Below the pieces are notes generated by a model, which was not told where the DNA came from, searched no databases, and worked only from the letters and a program-made list of their open reading frames with translations. DNA of 64,000 nucleotides from Coraliomargaritaceae bacterium (GTDB taxonomy: Bacteria; Verrucomicrobiota; Verrucomicrobiia; Opitutales; Coraliomargaritaceae): positions 2,781 to 66,780 of the forward strand of contig CBFHKU010000007.1 in NCBI GenBank assembly GCA_965656495.1. The letters are read 5' to 3'. Position 1 is the first letter of the stretch; the number at the start of each line of letters is the position of its first letter. Below are positions 50,085 to 61,658 of the stretch, in pieces. A program made the translations under genes and the position numbers.

Positions 50085-52622
50085 TTACTTTTTCTTGGCA
50101 GCCTTCTTTTTTGGAGCGCGCGGGGCAAACTCAAAACCGATTTCGCCGTTTTCGAAGTCGAGGGTAAGGTGTGCCTTGAAGGGGCGCTTGGTGCGGCGTG
50201 AAACAAACCCCTCCAGGAGAGCGGTCTTTCCCTTGGTAAAGAGGTCCACGATTTCTTCCGGTTGAAGCTCCTTTTGCAGGATGGTCTTGCCGAGACGGAA
50301 GCCCTCGGGGGCATCCTTGGTCTTGAGGGCAGGGAGGTGGTATGCCTTTTCGGTGGCGTGCAATTCTGCGACGGTGCCGTCCGGCAAGGTGAGCGATTTT
50401 AGGCGGGTTTTTTCGTCAAGGGGTTCGTCGAGTTCCAGTTCGTCCTCAAAGACAAATTCGGTTTTCCACTTGCCGATTTTACCGGTTTTACTGACGGATT
50501 GCGCAAGTTTGAGTCCTGCAGTGAAGGGACGATTAAAGCGCGAGAGGAAACCCTCCATTTCGGGAAGTGCCTTTTCAGTGAAAAGGGTGATCGCCTCGTC
50601 TTCACTCAATTGGCGACCGGCGATATACTTGGAGATCTTAAAGCTACAATCGACATCGCGGCATTCATAGGTCGCGTCGGTTTGCTTGAGGCGGGGCGCC
50701 CCACACTCGGGGCAAGGGCATTCGAGGTCGGGGAAAACCCGGTTTACCGCAGCTTGCATGTGGGTACGTGCCTTATCGACAACCTGTATCGTGAAGTCGT
50801 TGATCTCCTGCATGAATTGGGAGCGTTCAATCTCACCCTGTTGCATTTTGTTGAGTTTCGCCTCCCAGTCCCCGGTCATGGAGGGCGAGGTCAACGCCTC
50901 GAGTTTCATTTCATCGCAGAGTTCAATGAGGCGCAGCCCTTTGCCGGTCACGTTGAGTTCGCGACCTTCGCGCGCAATGTATTTTTGACGGAGGAGACCT
51001 TCAATGGTGGCGGCACGGGTCGCAGGGGTACCGAGGCCACGTTCCAGCATCGCTTCGCGCAAGGCCTCGTCTTCAATCAGTTTTCCGGCACCTTCCATCG
51101 CAGAGAGGAGGGTTGATTCGGTATAACGCGCCGGCGGCTGGGTTTCCTTGGCGAGGGCATCCACCGCGTCGGCTTGAGCGGTCTCACCGGTCTGCACCGC
51201 GACGAGTTCGTCCTTGTCGTTCGCAACACCCGCCTGGCGTCCATAGACTTCCAGCCAGCCGGGCACCACGAGGGTTTTGCCACGGGTCAAGAATTGATCC
51301 TGCTCCTCGCCGTGATCAATGGTGGTGATCCGGGTGGTATTTTCAAATTCGGCGTGCGGGTAGAAGACTGCGACAAAACGCTTCAGAATCATGTCGTAGA
51401 GCTTCGCCTCGACTTCGCTGAGTTTGACCATGCGCCCGGTGGGAATGATGGCAAAGTGATCCGATACCTTGGCGTTATTAAAGATGCGCTTACTGAATTG
51501 GATGAGGCCCATTTCAATGGACTTCGCCGCCCATCGCGCGGTGGGGTGCTTGGAGGCCGCCAATTCGCGGGTGGTTTCGTGGACTTTCGAGAGATAATCC
51601 TCCGGCAAGTAGCGCGAATCCGTACGCGGGTAGGTGATCATCTTGTGACGCTCGTAAAGCGATTGCGCGATGGAGAGGGTATTCTTGGCGGTGAAGGGAG
51701 CTTCGCGCTGGAGGGTGGTGAGATCGTATAACTGGGGCGCGATCTGTTTAGCGGGTTTCTTTTCTTCGCTAACCTGACCGGTTTTGTCTTTGCAGCGTGC
51801 CTCAATCGTCTTTGCGAAAGCCTCATCCCAAATACGCTCAGCGCGGCCGTGCGGCTTGGCGGGATCCTTCTTAAATTCCGGATTGAACCACCGGCTGGAG
51901 TAGGAGCCGTTTGTTACCGAGAAATCGGCATGGACCTCCCAGTAATCCTCGGGTTTGAAAGCCTGAATCTCATTTTCGCGGCGTGCCAGGATTGCAAGGG
52001 TAGGGGTTTGGACACGTCCCGCCGCGGTGATATTAAAGCCCCCGTGGCGCGAGCGGAAACAAGTGAGGGCGCGGGTGGAATTCAAACCGACCAGCCAGTC
52101 GGATTCTGAACGGCATTTGGCGGCATCGGCAAGGTGCGTCATTTTCTCGCCATCGATGAGGTTGCCCCATGCTTCCTGAATCGCGCCCGCCGTCATGGAT
52201 TGCATCCACAGTCGCTTTACGGGCTTGTTGATCTTTCCAATGTCCATGATGTATTGGAAGATCAATTCCCCCTCACGACCGGCGTCACAGGCATTTACAA
52301 TGACGTCAAACTCGGACTTTTTGGCAAGCGCGAGCACATGCTTGAGGCGAGCGGCAGTCTGCTCGATCGGTTGCAGTTCAAAGTTTTTGGGAATCGCAGG
52401 CAGGACGTCAAATTTCCAAGGCAGGTTTTTACCGTTGGGGCCGGTGGGCATTTTCAACTCTACGAGGTGCCCGACTGCCGAAGTGATCGCCGCGCGCTCG
52501 TTCAGGAAATACTGTGCATCCCGCGATTTTCCCTTTTTATCGAATTTACCCAATTCATTGGACAAGGCCTTGGAAAGATCCGTCGCGACAGAGGGTTTCT
52601 CAGCAATTATGAGGTATTTCAT
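50085..52622 (-). CDS. topB: Type IA DNA topoisomerase III
   Basis: [43 protein letters not shown]-terminal repeats. Confidence 0.9.
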   Translation of the reverse strand: MKYLIIAEKPSVATDLSKALSNELGKFDKKGKSRDAQYFLNERAAITSAVGHLVELKMPTGPNGKNLPWKFDVLPAIPKNFELQPIEQTAARLKHVLALAKKSEFDVIVNACDAGREGELIFQYIMDIGKINKPVKRLWMQSMTAGAIQEAWGNLIDGEKMTHLADAAKCRSESDWLVGLNSTRALTCFRSRHGGFNITAAGRVQTPTLAILARRENEIQAFKPEDYWEVHADFSVTNGSYSSRWFNPEFKKDPAKPHGRAERIWDEAFAKTIEARCKDKTGQVSEEKKPAKQIAPQLYDLTTLQREAPFTAKNTLSIAQSLYERHKMITYPRTDSRYLPEDYLSKVHETTRELAASKHPTARWAAKSIEMGLIQFSKRIFNNAKVSDHFAIIPTGRMVKLSEVEAKLYDMILKRFVAVFYPHAEFENTTRITTIDHGEEQDQFLTRGKTLVVPGWLEVYGRQAGVANDKDELVAVQTGETAQADAVDALAKETQPPARYTESTLLSAMEGAGKLIEDEALREAMLERGLGTPATRAATIEGLLRQKYIAREGRELNVTGKGLRLIELCDEMKLEALTSPSMTGDWEAKLNKMQQGEIERSQFMQEINDFTIQVVDKARTHMQAAVNRVFPDLECPCPECGAPRLKQTDATYECRDVDCSFKISKYIAGRQLSEDEAITLFTEKALPEMEGFLSRFNRPFTAGLKLAQSVSKTGKIGKWKTEFVFEDELELDEPLDEKTRLKSLTLPDGTVAELHATEKAYHLPALKTKDAPEGFRLGKTILQKELQPEEIVDLFTKGKTALLEGFVSRRTKRPFKAHLTLDFENGEIGFEFAPRAPKKKAAKKK

Positions 52623-52861
52623 TTCGATGATTCGTTGAAAAGGCAGGTGATCCGAAAGGAAGTTTAAGGTGATTTGCCAGTGTTAAAAATGTGAAAACTT
52701 TCAATCTAGTCAGTATTGAAGACCTCTTGTTCCTTGGGATAGTAATGGAGGCTTGTCAAGGCACGGTCGATATTTGAGCCTCGAATCTGGCTGTGAAAAA
52801 GCATTTTTCAGGATAAAAATCGTTCGTAGAGGTGTAATTCAAACTGGCAACCGCTGGCTTT

Positions 52862-54139
52862 GTGAGCCAAATAAATAGGATTAGCAACGCAGTTTTGAAC
52901 GCACTAAAGGAAAAGTTGAGCCAGATTCACGAAAACCTAACGGTTTTGGGGAATGCCTTTGCGCAATTTGTGGTGGACGTGGTTTATGACCGCAGGCGGC
53001 ACGGCCGGGCGGCGGAAACGATGGCGAAGGTGCTCTTTGCGCTTTCACATCTTTTTCACGGAATCGTAAAGGTGCGTAGGTATTTGTATGAAAATCGGAT
53101 TCTCCGCAACACCCCCCTCGGTTGCCTGGTAGTGGTGGTGGGCAATTTAACGGTGGGTGGCACGGGTAAAACGCCGGTGGTGGAGAAATTCGCACGGACC
53201 CTGCGTGACCGCGGTCGCAAGGTCGCGATTTTGAGCCGTGGCTACAAGAGTAAGAACGAGGGACTCCCGCGAAAATTGTGGCGTAAATTCACCCATGGCG
53301 AAGAGACGCCCCCGAAGATTGTGAGTGATGGTGAAAGCGTGCTTCTGGATTCCGAGGTGGCGGGTGACGAGCCCTATATGCTGGCGCGTAATTTACCGGG
53401 GGTGGTAGTGTTGTGCGATAAAAACCGCGTGAAGGCAGGTTCGTATGCAATCCGGGAATTCGGTTGCGACACTCTCATCCTTGATGATGGTTTTCAATAT
53501 TTGCCGCTGAAGGGGCGACTCAATCTTTTGCTGGTCGATAAAACCAATCCCTTTGGTAATCAGCACCTCCTTCCACGCGGGATTTTGCGCGAACCGATTC
53601 AGCATTTATCGCGCGCAAGCTATATTCTCCTCACGAAATCAGATGGCGTGCGTGACGAAAATCTCCTCGAATTGATTCGAGAGCACAATGCGAATGCCGA
53701 AATCATTGAATGCGCGCACAAGCCGCAGTTCTTGCAGGCCTTAGGGTCGGATGAACAACTACCGCTTGAAGCGCTAGAGGGAACGTCTATTGCGGCCTTC
53801 AGCGGTATTGCCACCCCGGAAAGCTTCGAAAACATGCTCCGTAAACACGGGGCTCAAATTCAATATAACAAGCGTTTCCTCGACCATCACCGCTTCAGCG
53901 ATCACGAGATAGAGGCCATTTTCAGGGAGGTCGCTGAACTGAAGGGCGTATCAATGATCGTCACGACCGAGAAGGATGCGGTTCGTTTGGCGGAGGGGGT
54001 TAAGCCGCCTGTCCCCATCTATTATCTGCGTTTGGAAATTGATATCCTCTCCGGGCACGAAGATTTCGAGGCGGCGGTGGGGCGGATTTGCTTCCCGCGT
54101 CAGGGTTCCGTCAAAAAGAGTGCAGAAAGTGGCGTTTAG
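52862..54139 (+). CDS. lpxK: Tetraacyldisaccharide 4'-kinase
   Basis: [36 protein letters not shown]. Confidence 0.93.
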   Translation: MSQINRISNAVLNALKEKLSQIHENLTVLGNAFAQFVVDVVYDRRRHGRAAETMAKVLFALSHLFHGIVKVRRYLYENRILRNTPLGCLVVVVGNLTVGGTGKTPVVEKFARTLRDRGRKVAILSRGYKSKNEGLPRKLWRKFTHGEETPPKIVSDGESVLLDSEVAGDEPYMLARNLPGVVVLCDKNRVKAGSYAIREFGCDTLILDDGFQYLPLKGRLNLLLVDKTNPFGNQHLLPRGILREPIQHLSRASYILLTKSDGVRDENLLELIREHNANAEIIECAHKPQFLQALGSDEQLPLEALEGTSIAAFSGIATPESFENMLRKHGAQIQYNKRFLDHHRFSDHEIEAIFREVAELKGVSMIVTTEKDAVRLAEGVKPPVPIYYLRLEIDILSGHEDFEAAVGRICFPRQGSVKKSAESGV

Positions 54140-54181
54140 GATTTGCACCCCCCATAATTTTATAAGTAATTTCACTGACAC

Positions 54182-55396
54182 ATGAAAAATACATTAAATG
54201 TAGATCTCCCAAAAAGTGATAATTCCAGCCAAGACCTTGAGGTCAAGGATGGGCAAATTATCTTCAATTCGGTTTGGAACAAACTGGTTGAAGAATTCGG
54301 AGAAGAAAACCTGCGTTTCCCCAAGGAAATATTCTGGCTGAATGGTGCGCCGGGTGCAGGTAAGGGGACCAACACCGATTTCATCATGCGTTACCGCGAC
54401 CTCACCGCACCGCCGCTGGTGGTGAGTTCCGAGTTGCAAAGTCCGGAAGCACGGGCGCGCATCGATGCCGGGCAATTGGTTGGCGACCGCGAGGTTGCGG
54501 AAATTATTTTAAGGCGCTTGTTGGATCCGGACTTCGAGTTCGGGGCAGTGGTGGATGGATTTCCCCGTACTAAAGTTCAGGTGGAATGTTTGAAGCACCT
54601 GCACCACAAGCTTTCGGAGTTACATTTGAAATACCGTGAATCGCTCTACAGCGATTATTTCAAAAAACCGCATTTCCACATAGTAGTGCTCTTCATCGAT
54701 GAAAAGGAAAGTGTGCGTCGGCAACTGTATCGCGGCGAGCAGGCACAGGCACACAACGCCGAAGTCGAGGAATCGGGCGTGGGGGAACTCGTCGAAGTAC
54801 GGCCAACGGATTTGAGCGCGGATGCCGCCCACAATCGTTACCGCACCTTCAAGGAAAAGACCTATGACGCCTTGCAAGATCTGCGGCAGATTTTCTTTTA
54901 TCACTTCATCAATGCCCACGGATCGATTGAAGAGGTGCGCAAACGGATCTTTGACGAATTGCGTTATCAGGGCTCACTGGAGCTCGACGAGGCGACATTT
55001 GACCGCCTCTCGCCCGTTCCGGTCGCCAGCACCCTTTCGCTTCACGCCCGGCAGGATTTAGTCGATCGCCTCGACGCCTATGAAAAACGTGATACCGAAC
55101 TTTTCAAGGAAGTGGTGGAGGTGATTATTTCAGACTTCATCCCGATCGTGAAACTGCACGCTATTTCAGGGACCGCCGTTATTAATTCCGAGCACCCGGT
55201 CTTCACTAAGCCGAAAGCTCTGGAGATGCTGATCGATATCTTCTCCGAACGTGGTTACCACGCCATCGTTGATGTCAACAAACTTGAATTGCCGGACAGC
55301 ATCGACCCCAAAACTTTCAAAATCAACAATACCATGAAGCGGGTCTTTCGTGTGCGCATTCGCTTCCAAGGTTCAGAGATTCGCCGCGGTCGGTAA
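54182..55396 (+). CDS. Adenylate kinase-like protein with N- and C-terminal extensions
   Basis: [20 protein letters not shown]; 404 aa. Confidence 0.82.
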   Translation: MKNTLNVDLPKSDNSSQDLEVKDGQIIFNSVWNKLVEEFGEENLRFPKEIFWLNGAPGAGKGTNTDFIMRYRDLTAPPLVVSSELQSPEARARIDAGQLVGDREVAEIILRRLLDPDFEFGAVVDGFPRTKVQVECLKHLHHKLSELHLKYRESLYSDYFKKPHFHIVVLFIDEKESVRRQLYRGEQAQAHNAEVEESGVGELVEVRPTDLSADAAHNRYRTFKEKTYDALQDLRQIFFYHFINAHGSIEEVRKRIFDELRYQGSLELDEATFDRLSPVPVASTLSLHARQDLVDRLDAYEKRDTELFKEVVEVIISDFIPIVKLHAISGTAVINSEHPVFTKPKALEMLIDIFSERGYHAIVDVNKLELPDSIDPKTFKINNTMKRVFRVRIRFQGSEIRRGR

Positions 55397-55402
55397 ATTT
55401 GC

Positions 55403-56230
55403 ATGTCTCCGGTTTGCCTGATCTGCCTGGACCCGACCCGCATTGAGGAGAGCGGTTTGTTGGCGCAGGATTTGGGCCTGGAATTTTGCGTGGAATCTTC
55501 GGTTGCTGCGGGCACTTCAAAACGGGAGGAGCGACGCTTTTACCAAACCCTGCTCAACAAACGGGCGGGCGTACTTTTATTAAAGCCTGAAGGCCTGGGT
55601 CTCCTCGCGGCACCGGAGGATGAAGCATTATGGATCAAGGCAGACTTTTGCGACGCCGGCACGCGCTATCGACTGGCGCAGGGTGGGGGCAATGAAATGA
55701 TCGCGAAAGCGGTCGGCCTGAAAGGGCAGCCCAAGCCGACCGTGCTGGATTGCACTGCGGGTTTGGGAACGGATGCCTATGTCTTGGCGGCGCTGGGTTG
55801 TGAGGTCACACTCCTCGAGCGGAACCCCATCGTTCATGCCCTCCTAAAGGACGGGATAAAAAGAGCGCAAGGCGTGAACGACCCGCTGGTGAATGCGGCG
55901 ATTGCACGCATGGTGCTCTTGGAGCCCCGAGATGCCGCTGCCTACCTTGAGTCGCGCCAAGGCGATGTCTTGGCATCGGTCCTTTATTTGGACCCGATGT
56001 TTCCCTTGCGCAAAAAGTCGGCACAGGTGAAGAAAGCGATGCAAGTCTTTCACGCGATCGTCGGGGATGATGCCGACGCGGGGGCACTACTGCCACTGGC
56101 ACTGGGAGCGGCAGGGAATCGCGTTGTGGTGAAGCGACCGCGGCATGCGCCCTTTCTCAGTGGTCAGTCCGCGAGCCATTCCGTGGAGGGACAGCGCAAC
56201 CGTTATGATGTTTATTTGAAGCAGGGATGA
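55403..56230 (+). CDS. rsmJ: 16S rRNA m2G1516 methyltransferase RsmJ-like
   Basis: VLDCTAGLGTDA, ERNP, YLDPMFP, RVVVKRP. Confidence 0.88.
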   Translation: MSPVCLICLDPTRIEESGLLAQDLGLEFCVESSVAAGTSKREERRFYQTLLNKRAGVLLLKPEGLGLLAAPEDEALWIKADFCDAGTRYRLAQGGGNEMIAKAVGLKGQPKPTVLDCTAGLGTDAYVLAALGCEVTLLERNPIVHALLKDGIKRAQGVNDPLVNAAIARMVLLEPRDAAAYLESRQGDVLASVLYLDPMFPLRKKSAQVKKAMQVFHAIVGDDADAGALLPLALGAAGNRVVVKRPRHAPFLSGQSASHSVEGQRNRYDVYLKQG

Positions 56231-56277
56231 ACGCCCACGGGTTGACCTAGGCACAAAAATAGTACGCTTTAAGAATA

Positions 56278-57396
56278 ATGGAACCCAACTATACGAAATT
56301 AGCCGAACTCTTGACCGGATTTTCCACCGACCTGAAAAAAGGAGAACGAGTCTTGATCGATGCATACGATATTCCGCAGGCAATGACAGTTGCGCTGGTC
56401 CGTGCGGCCCGCAAACGGGGCGCGGTGCCCTACGTGCAAGTACAGAATGCCCGGATCGGCAGGGAATTGGTCGCTGGGATCGAAGACGGGCAGTACGAAG
56501 CGCAGGCGGAATGGGAACTGGCGCGGATGCAGGCGATGGATGCCTATATCGCGGTGCGTGGTTCCGATAACATATTTGAAATGTCCGGTGTCGCGCCGGA
56601 GAAACTATCGCAAGCGATGCGCGCGATGAAGCCCGTACTGGACCACCGCGTTAACAAAACCAAGTGGGTCATTTTGCGCTGGCCGACCGCCGCGATGGCG
56701 CAACAAGCGCTCATGAGCACTGAATCGTTTGAGGAATTCTTTTTTCGGGTATGCACACAGGATTATTCGCGCATGAGCGAAGGTATGCTCGCCCTTGAGA
56801 AACGAATGCAAGCCGCCGACCAGGTGAAGCTCAGTGGCCCCGGTTGCGATTTGCGCTTTTCAATCAAGGGAATTGGAGCGGTCGCCTGTGGTGGCCGGCA
56901 CAACATCCCCGATGGCGAGGTCTTTTCCTGCCCCGTGCGCGATTCGGTGGAGGGTGAGATTCACTTCAACGCGCCCACCGTTTATCAGGGGGCTTCCTTT
57001 GATCGCGTGCATTTGAAGTTTGAGCGCGGCAGGATCATACACGCTTCGGGCACTAACAACGAACACCTCAACGCGATCCTCGATGCCGATGCCGGCGCCC
57101 GTTACATCGGAGAATTCGCCATCGCCTTCAATCCCCACATTTTGGAACCCATGCGGGATATTCTTTTTGATGAAAAAATCGCGGGCTCATTCCACTTTAC
57201 CCCCGGTCAGGCCTATGAAGAGGCCGACAACGGCAACCGCTCGCAGGTTCACTGGGATATGGTGCATATTCAACGTCCTGAATACGGGGGTGGGGAAATT
57301 TATTTTGACGACCAATTGATCCGCAAGGACGGCCTCTTCGTTCCGGAGGATCTTCAAAAACTAAATCCCGAATATCTGCTCGGGGAAAAGGATTGA
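56278..57396 (+). CDS. Aminopeptidase, M29 (AmpS/PepS) family
   Basis: [25 protein letters not shown]. Confidence 0.92.
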   Translation: MEPNYTKLAELLTGFSTDLKKGERVLIDAYDIPQAMTVALVRAARKRGAVPYVQVQNARIGRELVAGIEDGQYEAQAEWELARMQAMDAYIAVRGSDNIFEMSGVAPEKLSQAMRAMKPVLDHRVNKTKWVILRWPTAAMAQQALMSTESFEEFFFRVCTQDYSRMSEGMLALEKRMQAADQVKLSGPGCDLRFSIKGIGAVACGGRHNIPDGEVFSCPVRDSVEGEIHFNAPTVYQGASFDRVHLKFERGRIIHASGTNNEHLNAILDADAGARYIGEFAIAFNPHILEPMRDILFDEKIAGSFHFTPGQAYEEADNGNRSQVHWDMVHIQRPEYGGGEIYFDDQLIRKDGLFVPEDLQKLNPEYLLGEKD

Positions 57397-57399
57397 GCG

Positions 57400-57606
57400 A
57401 TGTCACAGGAAGATCCCATTAGTGCACTGCAAGCAAAGCTCACGCACCTTGAACGGCACGTTGAGGAACAGGATGCCGAGCAGTATCGGCTCGCCCAGAA
57501 AGTCGAGCAATTGACCAAACTGGTGCAGCGACAGGAAGAGAAGATCAAATCACTGGACGCTTCGGGGGGCTCTATGCCTGCCAATGAAAAACCACCGCAC
57601 TATTAA
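57400..57606 (+). CDS. slyX: SlyX-family protein
   Basis: Coiled coil ending EKPPHY. Confidence 0.85.
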   Translation: MSQEDPISALQAKLTHLERHVEEQDAEQYRLAQKVEQLTKLVQRQEEKIKSLDASGGSMPANEKPPHY

Positions 57607-57621
57607 ATAATTATTGAGATC

Positions 57622-58269
57622 GTGAAGATTGACTCTGCAGAATTTCGCTTTGGTTGTCCGCACTTTGACGAGATCCCATCTGCAAGCCTTCCTGAGTTTG
57701 CGTTTGTCGGTCGTTCCAATGTCGGGAAATCCTCGCTGATCAACATGCTCACGGGGCGCAAGGAACTCGCCCACACTTCCAGCAAGCCCGGCAAAACACG
57801 CTGTATTAATATTTTCAGCATCAACAAACAATGGCATTTGGTGGATTTGCCGGGCTATGGCTATGCGAAAGTTTCCAAAGCCAAACAGTTGGACTTCAAT
57901 CAGGATGTGAGCGCCTACTTGACGGAGCGCTCGACGCTTGAGCAGGTTTTTCTCTTGGTGGATTCTCAATTGGAGCCTTTGGAGCAGGATTTGTATTTTG
58001 CGCAGTGGTTGCAGGAATGTGAGGTTCCGTTCTCGCTCATACTCACCAAGACCGACCGCAGTTCCAATACAACCGTGCTCAACCACGCTTCCCAATTTGA
58101 GAAAGCCCTCGCTGATTGGAAACTCAAACCCAACCGCATTTTTAATTGCTCCGCAAAAACCGGCAAGGGTAGGGGCGATATCCTGCAATGGATCGAGAGC
58201 CGCCTGCCCAAAAAAAGCGGTAAACAGGGCAAAAGCACCAAGATCAACCTGAATTGGATGAAAAAATAA
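57622..58269 (+). CDS. engB: Ribosome biogenesis GTPase YihA/YsxC
   Basis: GRSNVGKSS, PGKT, DLPGYGYA, TKTD. Confidence 0.93.
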   Translation: MKIDSAEFRFGCPHFDEIPSASLPEFAFVGRSNVGKSSLINMLTGRKELAHTSSKPGKTRCINIFSINKQWHLVDLPGYGYAKVSKAKQLDFNQDVSAYLTERSTLEQVFLLVDSQLEPLEQDLYFAQWLQECEVPFSLILTKTDRSSNTTVLNHASQFEKALADWKLKPNRIFNCSAKTGKGRGDILQWIESRLPKKSGKQGKSTKINLNWMKK

Positions 58270-58317
58270 TTCGGTAAGGGCTGGAAATTTCAAATATTCC
58301 GCCTAACTTATTGCATC

Positions 58318-58560
58318 GTGTCAGAGCCGAGCAAGAAATCCACCACCGACCATGTTTACGCTTTTTTGGGAGCAATCTTCCCGAATTGCGGCGATGCCCT
58401 TCGTTTGGTGGAAATTGGTCAGGAGCGTCCCTTGAAGGTTCACGAACGCCTGGTGCTCGCTTACAACTCGCCGCTTTGCCTGCACTGTAACTGCAAACGC
58501 GAGAAGTTTGACAAGGAACGGGAGAAATACCGTACGGTTGAGGCCTCGCGCAAAAGTTAA
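58318..58560 (+). CDS. Small hypothetical protein with a zinc-finger (anti-sigma-like) cysteine pattern
   Basis: C...ERPL...ER.....CLHC. Confidence 0.55.
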   Translation: MSEPSKKSTTDHVYAFLGAIFPNCGDALRLVEIGQERPLKVHERLVLAYNSPLCLHCNCKREKFDKEREKYRTVEASRKS

Positions 58561-58561
58561 C

Positions 58562-61453
58562 CTAGCTACAACCGAGGCTGGTGCCGCAATTCAGGCAACA
58601 GGCGCAAGTGCCGGTGACTTTGACCTTTCCGCTTCCGCACTCAGGGCAGGTTAAGTTCCCTTCGCTCTGGGTAAGGAACTCCAACTGATCCGGGTCGATT
58701 TTGGCAACTTCTTGAGTCGGGATGGTCGAACTGCCCGGATGTTGATCCTCGAAGGCGTCATCATCCTGCGCAAGCGGCGACATCCGTTCCTTGTAACCGG
58801 GGATAAATTCCATCCCGAGGAGACGCGCCACATAGTCGATCACGCTCTTTGCAAATGGGATATGTGGATTCTTGGTCATACCCTCTGGCTCAAAGCGCAC
58901 ATGCGAGAATTTCTTAACAAAGGTATCGAGCGGTACCCCGTATTGCAGGCAAAGCGAGACCAGAGTTCCAACGCAGTCCATCAGGCCGTTGATAGTAGAA
59001 CCTGCCTTTGCCATTTGAATAAAGACCTCGCCCGGTTTGCCGTCGTCGAATTTTCCCACCGTGAGGTAGCCTTCCGTGCCTCCAATCGAGAATTTATGGG
59101 TGAGAGAGGAGCGGGTATCAGGCAACTTCCGGCGATACGGTTCGGTGGTTACTTGCACGACCGGTTCCTCTTGCTTATCGTCTTTTTGGGTGCGAACCGG
59201 GGCGGATCGTTTCGAGCCATCGCGATAGATCGCTATGCCTTTCACGCCCATTTTCCATGCCTTCACATAGGTTTCCCGTATTTCATTGGCGGAGGCTTCC
59301 TTCGGCATGTTTACGGTTTTGGAAATCGCGCCGGAAAGGAAGGGCTGGAGCGCCGACATCATTTTGATGTGTGCCTGATAGGACAGGTAACGCTTCCCCA
59401 TGCCCGAGCGAAAGGCGGAATCAAAGACCGGGATATCTTCATCCCGAATGCCGGATTCCACGGTGCGCTTGCCCACTTGAACCGATTCAACCGTACCGTA
59501 TTCTTTAATGTGCGCACAAATTTTATCAATGATCGCAGGTTCGTAGCCGAGCGTTTCAAGGGCGAGGGGAATGGATTTAATGGGCAAGGTCATGACGCCG
59601 CCACCGGCGAGGGTCTTGTACGCCACCAGCCCAATCGCAGGCTCGACTCCGGTGGTATCGCAATCCATCAAGAAACCAATCGTCCCGGTGGGAGCAAGTA
59701 CCGTCACCTGAGCATTGCGATAGCCGAATTCCTCGCCCAGCGTGATCGCTTCATCCCAGACGGATTGTGCGAACGCCACCAAATCCTGCGGTGCGGGATC
59801 CTTCAATTCCTGTACTGCCTGCCGGTGCAGTTCAATCACTTCACGCATCGAATCGACATTGTCCGGAGCGGGTGGGTTCGGAACCCCGTAATGCGCGGCG
59901 TCGTGATAGCCTGCAAAGGCGCCTTTGACTCCCGCCAATTCTGCGGAGGTGCGGTAGGCGACGCCCGTCATGGTTGCGGTGATGGCTTGCGCCAAGCCAA
60001 GCCCTTCTGGTGAGGCGTAGGCGTAACCATTCGACATCAACAAGGCGCCGAGATTTGCAAAACCGAGGCCAAGGGTGCGGAACCAATGGGAATTATAACT
60101 GATACCTTCGGTGGGGTAGGAGGAGCGATCCACGATGATATCCTGCGCGATGATGAAAATACGCGCCGCCGCCGCGAAGCGTTCACTGTCGAAGCCAGCG
60201 TCGGTCCTGAATTTCATAAGGTTCAGCGAAGCGAGGTTACAGGCAGAATTGTCGAGGAAGAGGTATTCACTGCAGGGGTTCGTGCAGTTCTGGCGACCGG
60301 ATCCCTTGCAGGTGTGCCATTTGTTGATGGTATCATCAAATTGCATCCCCGGATCACCGCAGATATAGGTACCCTCCGCTATTTTATCCAGCAAGTAGCT
60401 GGCATCTTTTTCTTCGCAAGGTTTTCCGTCGGTCACATTGCGCGTCCAGAATTTTTCACCCGCAATTGCCGATTCCATGAATTGATCGGTCGCACGCACT
60501 GAGAGGTTTTCGTTCTGGAACTTAATGGAGCCATAGGCCTCGCCGTTAAAGGAAGGGTCAAAGCCTTCTTCGATCAAGGCCCAGGCTTTGCGTTCTTCCA
60601 ATTGTTTCGCTTCGATGAATTCCTCGATGTCCGGATGCCAATCGCGGAGGGTGTTCATTTTGGCGGCACGGCGGGTTTTGCCGCCACTTTTAACCACCCC
60701 CGCGACCGCATCATACACACACAAAAAACTTAACGGACCACTCGGTTTTCCGCCGCCACTCAATTTTTCACGGGATGAGCGAATCGTGGACAAATCGGTA
60801 CCGCTACCGCTGCCGAATTTGAACAGCATCGCCTCCGAACGTGCAAGCTCCATGATGGATTCCATGCTGTCATCCACATGTTGGATGAAACAGGCGGAGC
60901 ATTGCGGGTATTCGTATTGGCTGTCCGCACGCATCACGACATCGTGCTTCTGATCCCAGTAGTAATTCCCCTTGCAGGATTCCTTTCCGACCCCGTAGGC
61001 GTGATACAGCCCTAAATTAAACCACACGGGCGAATTAAAGGCGCCATATTGATGCACCAGTAACCAAGTAAGCTCTGCTTCAAAGATCGCTGCTTCCTTG
61101 GGGTCAGTGAAATATCCATCCTCCAATCCCCATTGGGTGATGGTCTTTGCGACGCGGTCGACCACTTGCTTGAAGGAGTGCTCCCGGCCACCCGTCTTCG
61201 GGTCATCGCCTAAATCGATATCGCCATAAAAATATTTTGAGGCCAAGATCTTGGTTGCCAGTTCGGAAAATGCCTTTGGGACTTCGATATTTGACTGCTT
61301 GAAAATGCAGTTTCCCGAATCATCTGTTATTTCCGTGCTTTTTACCTCCCAATCCAGGGTATCGTATGGATGGGTGCCGTTCTCGGCGAAGACCCGTTCT
61401 ATTTTTAGAGATTTCTGGTTGCTTGTGTGGTCGATTTCGGAACTTGTTTTCAT
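58562..61453 (-). CDS. nrdJ: Class II (B12-dependent) ribonucleotide reductase with TSCPD domain
   Basis: FNSPVWFN, PQCSACFI, TNPCSEY, APTGTIG, ISKTVN, YRDGSK, C-terminal CxxC pairs. Confidence 0.95.
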   Translation of the reverse strand: MKTSSEIDHTSNQKSLKIERVFAENGTHPYDTLDWEVKSTEITDDSGNCIFKQSNIEVPKAFSELATKILASKYFYGDIDLGDDPKTGGREHSFKQVVDRVAKTITQWGLEDGYFTDPKEAAIFEAELTWLLVHQYGAFNSPVWFNLGLYHAYGVGKESCKGNYYWDQKHDVVMRADSQYEYPQCSACFIQHVDDSMESIMELARSEAMLFKFGSGSGTDLSTIRSSREKLSGGGKPSGPLSFLCVYDAVAGVVKSGGKTRRAAKMNTLRDWHPDIEEFIEAKQLEERKAWALIEEGFDPSFNGEAYGSIKFQNENLSVRATDQFMESAIAGEKFWTRNVTDGKPCEEKDASYLLDKIAEGTYICGDPGMQFDDTINKWHTCKGSGRQNCTNPCSEYLFLDNSACNLASLNLMKFRTDAGFDSERFAAAARIFIIAQDIIVDRSSYPTEGISYNSHWFRTLGLGFANLGALLMSNGYAYASPEGLGLAQAITATMTGVAYRTSAELAGVKGAFAGYHDAAHYGVPNPPAPDNVDSMREVIELHRQAVQELKDPAPQDLVAFAQSVWDEAITLGEEFGYRNAQVTVLAPTGTIGFLMDCDTTGVEPAIGLVAYKTLAGGGVMTLPIKSIPLALETLGYEPAIIDKICAHIKEYGTVESVQVGKRTVESGIRDEDIPVFDSAFRSGMGKRYLSYQAHIKMMSALQPFLSGAISKTVNMPKEASANEIRETYVKAWKMGVKGIAIYRDGSKRSAPVRTQKDDKQEEPVVQVTTEPYRRKLPDTRSSLTHKFSIGGTEGYLTVGKFDDGKPGEVFIQMAKAGSTINGLMDCVGTLVSLCLQYGVPLDTFVKKFSHVRFEPEGMTKNPHIPFAKSVIDYVARLLGMEFIPGYKERMSPLAQDDDAFEDQHPGSSTIPTQEVAKIDPDQLEFLTQSEGNLTCPECGSGKVKVTGTCACCLNCGTSLGCS

Positions 61454-61475
61454 TGAGCTTGTTGCGTGGTTATTA

Positions 61476-61522
61476 ACACTAGATGTTGATTAAATTAACA
61501 TAAGGAGCACTATACCTAGTGT
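61476..61522 (-). promoter_or_regulatory. Tandem NrdR boxes
   Basis: ACACTAGATGTTGATT (61476) and GCACTATACCTAGTGT (61507), starts 31 bp apart, upstream of nrdJ; fit acaCwAtATaTwGtgt. Confidence 0.75.
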
Positions 61523-61658
61523 TAAAAGGTGAACTAGCTCAAAATAAATTGCACGAAAAAAATAGATATTGGGGCAATTATTTTTAATTACGCTCCATAT
61601 AACCCGAATGTTAATTATATGGTAAAATAAAAACTAAGGTATATTTGGTATTTATAAA

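Noticed and set aside
50033..50314. N-terminal extension of SerC in the ORF track
   Set aside because: It overlaps the topB 3' end; homology begins at MKPEIKP (50032).
61454..61658. Cobalamin riboswitch upstream of nrdJ
   Set aside because: The region is AT-rich with no B12-box; only NrdR boxes are evident.
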